This document shows, in pieces, positions 35,894 to 43,725 of a DNA stretch of 64,000 nt. Positions within the stretch are counted from its first letter, which is position 1. The number at the start of each line of letters is the position of its first letter. Where the stretch lies: assembly GCA_043803225.1 (NCBI GenBank), contig JAZDKF010000027.1, positions 22,406 through 86,405 on the forward strand, read 5' to 3'. Position numbers and translations under genes: made by a program. Origin of the DNA: Candidatus Beckwithbacteria bacterium (GTDB taxonomy: Bacteria; Patescibacteriota; Microgenomatia; UBA1400; CG1-02-47-37). The notes beneath the pieces were generated by a model. It searched no databases and was not told where the DNA came from. It was given only the letters and a program-made list of their open reading frames with translations.

Positions 35894-36505
35894 ATGAAGT
35901 ATAGAAATGTAACTATTTCCGGCTTGCCTGGTTCAGGGTCATCAACTTTGGCTAGAAGTTTAGCTAAAAAGCTTGGTTGGGAGTATTTTGGCGGCGGCGA
36001 GTTTATGAGGCAGTATGCAATTGAAAAAGGCCTGTTTAATAAAGAATTAAAAATCCATCATTTAGCGACAGTTTACGGGGATGATTTTGACAGGAAAGTG
36101 GATTATGGGATGAGAGACTGGCTAAAAGAAAAATCCGGCCGGGTAGTGGATTCATGGCTGTCAGGGTTTGTCGCTCAGGGAGTTAAGGGAACTTTAAAGG
36201 TTTTAATGTTTTGTTCAATGGATGAGTTAAGGATTGACCGATTGGTAAACCGGGATGGAATTTCGATAGAAGAAGCCAAAAAACATATATTTGAAAGAGA
36301 AGAAAAAAATTTAGGAAAATGGACAAGATTGTACGGGAAAGAATGGCGGCTTTGGGTGCCAAAATCCAGCCAGGGTTTCAGACGGGGCAAGTATTTTGAT
36401 TTTTACCACCCGAGTTTGTATGATTTAGTGATTGATACATATTCTTTGGATAGAGACTCTTGTTTAAAAAAAACTTTGGAGGCTTTATGTTTAAAAAAAT
36501 CTTGA
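35894..36505 (+). CDS. P-loop NTPase, cytidylate-kinase-like.
   Basis: 'ISGLPGSGSSTLARSLAKKLG' Walker A near the N-terminus. ~200 aa. Confidence 0.4.
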   Translation: MKYRNVTISGLPGSGSSTLARSLAKKLGWEYFGGGEFMRQYAIEKGLFNKELKIHHLATVYGDDFDRKVDYGMRDWLKEKSGRVVDSWLSGFVAQGVKGTLKVLMFCSMDELRIDRLVNRDGISIEEAKKHIFEREEKNLGKWTRLYGKEWRLWVPKSSQGFRRGKYFDFYHPSLYDLVIDTYSLDRDSCLKKTLEALCLKKS

Positions 36506-37317
36506 TTAGCTTAGCAATGTTAATGCTGTTGATGACTACGGGTGTCGGAGCTGTGGCAGAAAGCATAGAGAGCAGTAAACCGGTTGATTATTATCTGTCT
36601 TATCCGGGAGTGTTACCGGACAGTCCGCTTTATTGGCTGAAAATGATCAGAGACCGGGTTCAGCTGATATTAACCTCGGCGACATTACCAAAAGCAGAAA
36701 AGCTGTTACTATATGCCGATAAACGGTTGGGAGCCGGCTGGACTTTGGTTGATGGGAATAAGCTGGCATTAGGGGTAAGCACCTTAACTAAAGCAGAGAA
36801 GTATTTAGACCAGGCAGTCAATCTAAGCCAAGGGTTGGGAGAAACAGAGCCAGAAAAGCAGTTTAAGAATCGATTAACTTTAGCGACAAAAAAACATTTA
36901 GAAGTGTTGAATTTATTAAAAGAAAAAGTGAGTGATGAGTCTAAAGAAGTGATGGAAGAAATGATAGAAGGGTTAAAGTTAAAGGTGGAAAGCAGGGGTG
37001 AAACAGAAGCGGAAAAGCTGTTGGAGGAAGTGGAGCTGGGAATAGATTTTGGCGATGGCAAGGAGGCAATGGAGTTGGTTCAAGCCGGGACGGTGCTTGA
37101 GGCCTTGCAGGCGGCGGCCAGCAATCGGGGATTTGAAATAACTCTGAAAGAGTCTGATTTCGGAAGTTTAGTGGAAAGCATTAACGGCTATAGCAACCGG
37201 ACTGATAAAGCCTGGATTTATTTTATTAATGGCCAATCAGGAACCGTAGCGGCGGATAAGCAAGGATTAAACTCAGGGGATTTAGTTGAGTGGAAGTATA
37301 TTAAACCAGCGTTCTAA
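36487..37317 (+). CDS. Secreted protein with a C-terminal DUF4430-like (transcobalamin/intrinsic-factor beta-domain-like) region; candidate cobalamin-binding protein.
   Basis: Signal peptide 'MFKKILISLAMLMLLMTTGVGAVA', then a helical region. The C-terminus 'WIYFINGQSGTVAADKQGLNSGDLVEWKY' is recalled as the DUF4430 signature (x-NG-x...GD-x-[IV]-x-[FW]-x-Y). Assignment is from memory and not searched. Confidence 0.35.
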   Translation: MFKKILISLAMLMLLMTTGVGAVAESIESSKPVDYYLSYPGVLPDSPLYWLKMIRDRVQLILTSATLPKAEKLLLYADKRLGAGWTLVDGNKLALGVSTLTKAEKYLDQAVNLSQGLGETEPEKQFKNRLTLATKKHLEVLNLLKEKVSDESKEVMEEMIEGLKLKVESRGETEAEKLLEEVELGIDFGDGKEAMELVQAGTVLEALQAAASNRGFEITLKESDFGSLVESINGYSNRTDKAWIYFINGQSGTVAADKQGLNSGDLVEWKYIKPAF

Positions 37318-37844
37318 TGATGAAAAAGATTTTATTGGCTTTAGTTTTAGTGTCGGCGGCAGTGGCCGAGAGACTGTGGTTTGATTTGGGGCCGAATATT
37401 GAGCTAATAACGACCGTAAGCGTAATCGCTTCAATTTATTTAGGCAAGCGCTGGGGGGCGGGAGTAGCAGTAATGGCTTTAGTCTTGTCAGACTTAGTGA
37501 TCGGCAATACAATGATACTGCTTTTTACCTGGAGTGCATTCGGACTGATTGGTTATCTGGGACGATGGTTAAAAGGTAAGGCTTGGTGGGTGGCCGGGGG
37601 TTATGGTTTGGGAGCATCGTTGTTTTTTTACTTTTACACTAATTTTGGAGTTTGGCTGATCAGCAGTTTATATCCGCATAATTTAAAGGGTTTAGTGGAT
37701 TGTTATGTGATGGGATTGCCGTTTTTACGCTTACAGGCAGTGAGCAACCTAATAATATTGACAGGAACATTAGCAATTATTAAATATTTAACTTCAAGTA
37801 TTTGGGTAAGCCGGTGGAAGTCCGGCACTGTGCCGCAACTGTAA
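37317..37844 (+). CDS. Small polytopic membrane protein (5-6 TM); possible ECF-type substrate-capture (S) component.
   Basis: 175 aa, hydrophobic throughout. TGATG start overlaps the preceding stop. No ATPase or T component is adjacent. Confidence 0.3.
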   Translation: MMKKILLALVLVSAAVAERLWFDLGPNIELITTVSVIASIYLGKRWGAGVAVMALVLSDLVIGNTMILLFTWSAFGLIGYLGRWLKGKAWWVAGGYGLGASLFFYFYTNFGVWLISSLYPHNLKGLVDCYVMGLPFLRLQAVSNLIILTGTLAIIKYLTSSIWVSRWKSGTVPQL

Positions 37845-37909
37845 ATCGTTTTAAACGATAAGTCAGAAAACCAGATTTGAAGTAGTTTTCTCCCGAGCAG
37901 GAGGCGAAT

Positions 37910-39493
37910 GTGGTTGGACATGAAGTTTTTGATCAGATAGCTGAAGTGAATTCTTTTAAAGGGTATAGGGCGAAGTTAGCAGCGGAAAATCCGGATTTAA
38001 GCCCAGAAATTATTTTTAAGCAGGCTTTAATTGGATTTAATACAATGATGTTTCCCAGGCAGGTGGAAACGTATTTGGCTGAGAAAGCCGGAGAGTTGGT
38101 CAGCCAGGTTGAACAAAAATATGAAGTGGTTGACGGCCGGTTAGTTGATCCGTTTTACGGTCTATTTCAAAAGATGATTGATTTTGCCAGCAGCGATGAG
38201 GAAAGAGAAACGTTAATCGCTTTTGAGAAGGAAGCAATTGGAGCAAAGCCCGGAGAAATTATCAATGTTTTGGATGCCAGCGCTTTGGGTAGAGGCGGGG
38301 GAGTGAAATATATGGATACATTTGAGAAGGAGATGGACGGATCGGTCAGACATAAGGATAGAATTGATTTAACCGGCGAGGGAGAAGACTTAAGTTTTGA
38401 GGAGGCAAAGTTGAAACTGGAGTTTCTAAAACAAAGTCAAGACTTTGAAGAGATATTAGTTCGACCGACGAGGTCTCTCCTTGAAGGCAAGGGACTACAA
38501 CCGTTAGCAACAGCGGCTAGCAGTTGGGATGCAGTTGGGCGGGCAAAACCCGCAAGGTTGAATCCTGAAGTCGAAGTTAAAATTGGATTAGTGTTTCAGT
38601 CGGAGAATAAAAATGAAGAGAAAGAAATGAAAACAGTTGAACCAGGAGCAGAATCGAGAAGACCTACAAGGACAGACCTCGTAGGTGAAATCAGAACTGT
38701 TTCTGATGTAGCCCTGGTGGTGAAAACATCAGAGTTAGATACAGAAACGACACCATTAATAATGAAAGCGGCAAAGCCGGAGGAGCCAACTTTTAGAATA
38801 GAAGAGATTATTGAAGCGCCGGCGACTTCAAAGATAGTCCCTAAAGTCACATTGCTGGAGATTCAACCGGCAATGACGGCAAAGCAAAGTATTCGACCTA
38901 CGAAGTTTGTCTTTGGAGTAATTGACCCTAAAGCAACAGTAACACCAGTGGTAAAGACATCAGAATTAGAGACAGAAACGACACCATTAATAATGAAAGT
39001 CGTAAGGCCTGAGGCGGTGATAGAGCCAGCAGAAGAAGAGGGGGAAAGTTTGGAAGCGAGAGTTGAGCTAGAGGTTAAAACTTCAAGGACTGTCCTTGTA
39101 GGCCCTGAAAAACAGGAAATAGCTGCACCAGCGGCAGGCAAGCCTACAAGGAGAGACCTTGTAGGTATTAAAGAAGAAGGGATTGTTTATCAAGCAGGTG
39201 AAACAGAAATACCAGAGATAATAACACCGGTAATAAGTGAAGAAGATAAACCTATTCCAATTTACCAAGTGCGGTGGCCGAAGCTGCAACCGTTAATAGG
39301 CATTCCGGAGTGGGTTTGGCAGCCGCAGGCAGCGAGTATTGATGAAGCGGTTGATTGGAATTTGTTTTTAGTAATAGTGTTTTATGCGTTATTGAACACA
39401 AAATCACTACTAAGAATAGATAGAGAAGATCAAATAAATGATTGGCCGGGGGAGGGGGTGAAGGAAAAAGTTAAAAGCAGACCGGTTTCTTGA
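37910..39493 (+). CDS. Repeat-containing acidic protein with a C-terminal TM helix; hypothetical.
   Basis: Internal duplicated blocks: 'VVKTSEL[DE]TETTPLIMK' twice with ~90% nucleotide identity, and a short 'PTR[RT]DLVG' motif four times. C-terminal 'LFLVIVFYALL' hydrophobic segment. Confidence 0.4.
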   Translation: MVGHEVFDQIAEVNSFKGYRAKLAAENPDLSPEIIFKQALIGFNTMMFPRQVETYLAEKAGELVSQVEQKYEVVDGRLVDPFYGLFQKMIDFASSDEERETLIAFEKEAIGAKPGEIINVLDASALGRGGGVKYMDTFEKEMDGSVRHKDRIDLTGEGEDLSFEEAKLKLEFLKQSQDFEEILVRPTRSLLEGKGLQPLATAASSWDAVGRAKPARLNPEVEVKIGLVFQSENKNEEKEMKTVEPGAESRRPTRTDLVGEIRTVSDVALVVKTSELDTETTPLIMKAAKPEEPTFRIEEIIEAPATSKIVPKVTLLEIQPAMTAKQSIRPTKFVFGVIDPKATVTPVVKTSELETETTPLIMKVVRPEAVIEPAEEEGESLEARVELEVKTSRTVLVGPEKQEIAAPAAGKPTRRDLVGIKEEGIVYQAGETEIPEIITPVISEEDKPIPIYQVRWPKLQPLIGIPEWVWQPQAASIDEAVDWNLFLVIVFYALLNTKSLLRIDREDQINDWPGEGVKEKVKSRPVS

Positions 39494-39542
39494 GGGAAAA
39501 GAAAAGCTGATCTAGTTTGACTTAGATATTGGTAGTTGACGA

Positions 39543-39558
39543 CACTATTAGTAGTGTC
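39543..39558 (+). promoter_or_regulatory. NrdR box 1 (operator).
   Basis: 'acactattagtagtgt': the palindromic arms 'acacta'/'tagtgt' fit the NrdR-box consensus acaCwAtaTaTwGtgt. Preceded by 'ttgac'. Confidence 0.6.
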
Positions 39559-39573
39559 ATAAATTTTATGTTG

Positions 39574-39589
39574 ACACTAGCTATAGTGT
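39574..39589 (+). promoter_or_regulatory. NrdR box 2 (operator), 31 bp downstream of box 1.
   Basis: 'acactagctatagtgt' has the same arms. The 31-bp centre-to-centre spacing matches typical tandem NrdR boxes. Overlaps a 'ttgaca' -35-like hexamer at 39571-39576. Confidence 0.6.
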
Positions 39590-39623
39590 TTTTATTTTTC
39601 ACGAGTTTGGAGGTTAATTTAGT

Positions 39624-40070
39624 ATGAAATGTCCTTTTTGCGAACATGGTCAGTCGTCAGTGCTTGAGTCTAGAGATAGTGAAGATAATCAGGTGACTCG
39701 AAGAAGACGGAAGTGCGAGCAGTGCCAAAAAAGGTTTACCACTTATGAAAGAGTGGAAGGGCCGCAGTTGGTGGTAATTAAAAAAGACGGCAGCCGGGAA
39801 AACTTTGACCGAGAAAAAGTCAGACGGGGAATTAACCGCGCCTGTGAAAAAAGACCGATCAGCACCGATTTAGTGGAAGATATTTTAGATAAGGTTGAGC
39901 AGGAGATGCTGAAGAAAAAAAGCAGCGAAGTTTCCAGCCAGCAGATTGGGAACTCGGTATTAAAGCAGTTAAAAAAAATTGACAAGGTGGCTTATGTGCG
40001 GTTTGCCAGCGTTTATTTAGATTTTGACAATATTGAGGATTTTACCAGTTTAATAAAGGAGATTTTGTAA
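39624..40070 (+). CDS. nrdR: NrdR transcriptional repressor (zinc ribbon plus ATP-cone).
   Basis: 'MKCPFCEHGQSSVLESRD...RRRRKCEQCQKRFTTYE' Zn-ribbon, then ATP-cone 'VIKKDGSRENFDREKVRRGI'. 148 aa. Confidence 0.85.
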   Translation: MKCPFCEHGQSSVLESRDSEDNQVTRRRRKCEQCQKRFTTYERVEGPQLVVIKKDGSRENFDREKVRRGINRACEKRPISTDLVEDILDKVEQEMLKKKSSEVSSQQIGNSVLKQLKKIDKVAYVRFASVYLDFDNIEDFTSLIKEIL

Positions 40071-41975
40071 ATGGGCCGGCCGAAAAAGATTAAATTAACT
40101 GATAATGCGATAACGGTTTTAACCAAACGGGATTATTTAAAGCGGGATAAGGACGGCCGGGTGGTGGAAACAGCTGAACAGATGTTCAGGCGGGTAGCCA
40201 GAGCAATAGCGGCAGTGGAGAAAAACTATGGCGGAAATAAAGCGGTAAAGGAGTACGAGAAAAGATTTTATGAGGCCATGGTGAGTTTAAATTTTTTGCC
40301 AAATTCACCGACCTTAATGCATGCCGGCACCAAATTTAATCAACTATCAGCTTGTTTTGTACTGCCTTTAGAGGATAATTTGGCCAGTATTTTTAAAACT
40401 ATGGAACAGGCTGCGGTAATTGCCAGAACCGGCGGCGGAGTAGGAATTCCCTTGTCGAACTTACGTCCCAGGGGGGCAAAAATCCGCTCAACCGGGGGCA
40501 TTACTTCAGGACCGATTTCTTTTTTACAACTGTTTAATCAAGTAGCCAATGTAATTAACGAGGGCTCGAGCCGCCGGGTAGCGCTGATGGCAGTTATGGA
40601 TGTTCACCATCCGGATATTTTGGACTTTATTTTTAGCAAAGGAGTCGAGGAAGAAGTATCGAATTTTAATATTTCAGTCGGGGTCAGCGATGAATTTATG
40701 AAGGCGGCTTTGAGCAATAAGGAGTATGAGCTGAGAATGCCAGTAAGTAATGAAGTAGTGAAAAAGACTTCGGCCAGAAGGGTGCTGGATATGATTACCT
40801 TTCAGGCCTGGAAGACGGCTGATCCGGGCATGGTGTTTATCGAGCGGATGAATGATAGCAGTCCGGTAAATCATTTGGGCAAGATTGAGACGACTAATCC
40901 CTGCGGGGAGCAGCCACTGTTGCCATATGAAAGCTGTAATTTAGGCAGTATTAATTTAAGAGAGTGTTTAAAGGTAAACAACCGGGACAAGCTGGAGGTG
41001 GATTGGGATAAGCTGGAGCGCTTAATCAGGCTGGCAGTCAGGTTTTTAGACGATGTAATTGATGTCTGCAAATATCCGATTAAAGAAATTGAAACAATGA
41101 CGCGAAGAACCAGAAAGATCGGTTTGGGAGTAATGGGATTTGCGGATATGTTAATTCAATTAAAAATTGCTTATGCTTCAAACGAGGGTTTAAGAATGGG
41201 AGAGAGGCTGTCGAAGTTTATCCATGATACGGCGGTGAGCGAGTCAAAGGCTTTGGGGAAAGAGAGAGGTTCGTTTCCAGGATTTAGCGGCAGTCAGTGG
41301 GAAAAGCAGGGATTTAAGACTATGCGCAACAGCACGGTTAATACGGTAGCGCCAACCGGCACGATTTCAATCATTGCTGACTGTTCTTCGGGTATTGAGC
41401 CATTGTTTGCCCTTTCTTATATGAGAAAAAATATCTTAGATGTTAATAATACTCAGTTGGTGGAGAGTAATTGGTGGTTTGAACAGGCAGCCAAACGGGG
41501 CGGATTTTATTCTAAGGAACTGATTCGCCAGATCAGCGAGACGGGCGGAATTGACGGGTTGAAAGGAGTGCCGAATGAGATAAGGGAGATTTTTAAGGTT
41601 AGCCACGAGATTGATTGGTCCTGGCATGTGAAGATGCAGGCGGCCTGGCAGAAACATATTGACGCGGCGGTGTCCAAGACGATTAATATGTCGGCAAGCG
41701 CGACCCCGGATGATGTCAGAGAGGCTTATGAGTTAGCTTATGAATTAGGCTGTAAAGGAATTACGGTTTACCGGGACGGCAGTAAAGCCAGACAGGTATT
41801 AAACGTAGGGATTAACAAAGCAGTCAGCCAGCCGATTGTGGATGATAAACGCAAGTGGGTGGGCAATGGCCATCGGGAGGAAGAGTTGTGTCCGGAGTGC
41901 GGCGGCGAATTAACATTTAAAGAAGGGTGCGCGACCTGCTTGGGTTGCGGCTATTCAAGATGTTCGGTCAGTTAA
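40071..41975 (+). CDS. nrdJ: Class II (adenosylcobalamin-dependent) ribonucleotide reductase, paralog 1 (no ATP-cone).
   Basis: 'SACFVLP', thiyl-radical 'TNPCGEQPLLPYESCNLGSINL' and C-terminal 'CPECGG...CATCLGCGYSRCS' zinc ribbon. Abuts the nrdR stop. Confidence 0.8.
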   Translation: MGRPKKIKLTDNAITVLTKRDYLKRDKDGRVVETAEQMFRRVARAIAAVEKNYGGNKAVKEYEKRFYEAMVSLNFLPNSPTLMHAGTKFNQLSACFVLPLEDNLASIFKTMEQAAVIARTGGGVGIPLSNLRPRGAKIRSTGGITSGPISFLQLFNQVANVINEGSSRRVALMAVMDVHHPDILDFIFSKGVEEEVSNFNISVGVSDEFMKAALSNKEYELRMPVSNEVVKKTSARRVLDMITFQAWKTADPGMVFIERMNDSSPVNHLGKIETTNPCGEQPLLPYESCNLGSINLRECLKVNNRDKLEVDWDKLERLIRLAVRFLDDVIDVCKYPIKEIETMTRRTRKIGLGVMGFADMLIQLKIAYASNEGLRMGERLSKFIHDTAVSESKALGKERGSFPGFSGSQWEKQGFKTMRNSTVNTVAPTGTISIIADCSSGIEPLFALSYMRKNILDVNNTQLVESNWWFEQAAKRGGFYSKELIRQISETGGIDGLKGVPNEIREIFKVSHEIDWSWHVKMQAAWQKHIDAAVSKTINMSASATPDDVREAYELAYELGCKGITVYRDGSKARQVLNVGINKAVSQPIVDDKRKWVGNGHREEELCPECGGELTFKEGCATCLGCGYSRCSVS

Positions 41976-41976
41976 T

Positions 41977-43725
41977 ATGAAGATAATTGAACCGAAACAA
42001 TCAGCAGTCGCCTTAGAGATAACCCGGAAACGGTATTTGATGACTGACCGGCGGGGTCGGGTGATCGAGACAGTCGGAGAGATGCTGTGGCGGGTAGCCC
42101 AGCATATGGCCAAGCCGGAAGTAATTTGGTCGGATAACGGCGAGATGAAGGAAATCGCCGAGAGGTTTTATGAGCGGATGGTGACGAAGAAGTTTGTGTG
42201 TTCAGGCAAGGCAATGTTTGAGGCGGGCAATCCGGACGGGATAGGCCAATTAGCGGCTTGTTTCGTACTGCCGATCGAAGATAGCATTGAGCGGATTTTT
42301 AAGACTCTAGGCGAGGCGGCAGTGATTCATAAGAATAATGGCGGAACCGGATTTAACTTTTCTAAAATTAGGCCGCATGGAGACAAGGTAAAAAATGTTT
42401 TGGGGGCAGCTTCGGGCCCGGTTGATTTTATTAAGGCTTTCAGCGCGGCTTTGTCCAAGATTTTACAGGGAGCCAAAAGACAGGGCGGCAATATTGCGAT
42501 TTTAAACGCGGATCATCCGGACGTGGAAGAGTTTATCAGGATGAAGACTGAAGACGGGACGATTAAGAACTTTAATATTTCCGTGGGAGCCACCGATGAG
42601 TTTATGAAGGCGGTTTTAGATAAAAAAATGTGGGCTTTAATTAATCCGAGAAACAAAGAGGTAATAAAAAAGATTAGGGCGGATAAGTTGTTTGATCTGA
42701 TCGTGGATTATGCCTGGAAGACGGCTGATCCGGGAATGGCATTTTTAGACACCATGGAACAGGATAATCCAACACCAAGTTTGGGTCGGTTGGAAGCAAC
42801 TAATCCTTGTGGAGAAATTCCTCTTTTACCCTATGAATCATGTAATTTGGGGTCGATTAATTTAAGCCTACATATAAAAGACGGCCAGATTTTATGGGAG
42901 GAGTTAAGGAAAACTGTCCAGTTGGGAGTGAGGTTTTTAGATAACATGGTGGAGGTGAATAACTATCCGTTAGAACAGATCAGCCGGATGGTAAAAGAGG
43001 GCAACCGGCGGATCGGTCTGGGAGTGATGGGGTTGGCTCATTTGTTTTTTAAACTGGGAATTTGCTATGACAGCCAGGCGGCGGTGGAGTTGTCAGAAAA
43101 GCTGGCAAAGTTTATCCGCCAGGAAGCAGACAGGGAAACAGAGAGACTGGGAAAGGCAAGAGGAAATTTCGGGAATTTTGACAGCAGTATTTATGCTCAA
43201 ACCGGCAAAGCCAGGCGGAATTGTGCGACAACGATGATTGCGCCAACCGGAACAATTTCTTTGTTTAGCGATTGTTCTTCCGGAATCGAACCGGTGTTTA
43301 GTTTGGTAACCAAGCGGCGGACGTTTTTTGAAGACAGTCGGAAGAACAGCGCAACCAAAGAAATAATAATGGAAGACCCGGTTTATAAAGCGTATAAAAA
43401 CAAGTTTGATAAAAAGGTGTTTGTCACCAGCCGCGAGATTGATTGGTCCTGGCATGTGAAAATGCAGGCGGCCTGGCAAAAGCACTTTGATAACAGCGTT
43501 TCCAAGACAATTAATTTTCCGGCTCAAGCTACAAAAGATGAGGTTAGGCAAGCATTCCTTTTGGCCTGGAAGTTGAAGTGCAAAGGGATTACGGTTTACC
43601 GGGACGGCAGTAAGAATGATCAGGTGCTAAATGCTGTTAAATGCCTGGAGTGTGGGGTGGAGTTGGAAGTTAAAGAAGGGTGCGCGACCTGCAAGACTTG
43701 TGGATTTTCGAGGTGCTCATTATGA
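41977..43725 (+). CDS. nrdJ: Class II ribonucleotide reductase, paralog 2 (no ATP-cone).
   Basis: 'AACFVLP', 'TNPCGEIPLLPYESCNLGSINL' and C-terminal 'CLECG...CATCKTCGFSRCS'. Starts 1 nt after the paralog-1 stop. Confidence 0.8.
   Translation: MKIIEPKQSAVALEITRKRYLMTDRRGRVIETVGEMLWRVAQHMAKPEVIWSDNGEMKEIAERFYERMVTKKFVCSGKAMFEAGNPDGIGQLAACFVLPIEDSIERIFKTLGEAAVIHKNNGGTGFNFSKIRPHGDKVKNVLGAASGPVDFIKAFSAALSKILQGAKRQGGNIAILNADHPDVEEFIRMKTEDGTIKNFNISVGATDEFMKAVLDKKMWALINPRNKEVIKKIRADKLFDLIVDYAWKTADPGMAFLDTMEQDNPTPSLGRLEATNPCGEIPLLPYESCNLGSINLSLHIKDGQILWEELRKTVQLGVRFLDNMVEVNNYPLEQISRMVKEGNRRIGLGVMGLAHLFFKLGICYDSQAAVELSEKLAKFIRQEADRETERLGKARGNFGNFDSSIYAQTGKARRNCATTMIAPTGTISLFSDCSSGIEPVFSLVTKRRTFFEDSRKNSATKEIIMEDPVYKAYKNKFDKKVFVTSREIDWSWHVKMQAAWQKHFDNSVSKTINFPAQATKDEVRQAFLLAWKLKCKGITVYRDGSKNDQVLNAVKCLECGVELEVKEGCATCKTCGFSRCSL

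Noticed and set aside
36378-36566. ORF-track start at 36460 for the DUF4430-like protein, and the minus-strand ORF at 36378-36566
   Set aside because: A better signal-peptide start is at 36487. The minus-strand ORF overlaps two convincing + strand genes.
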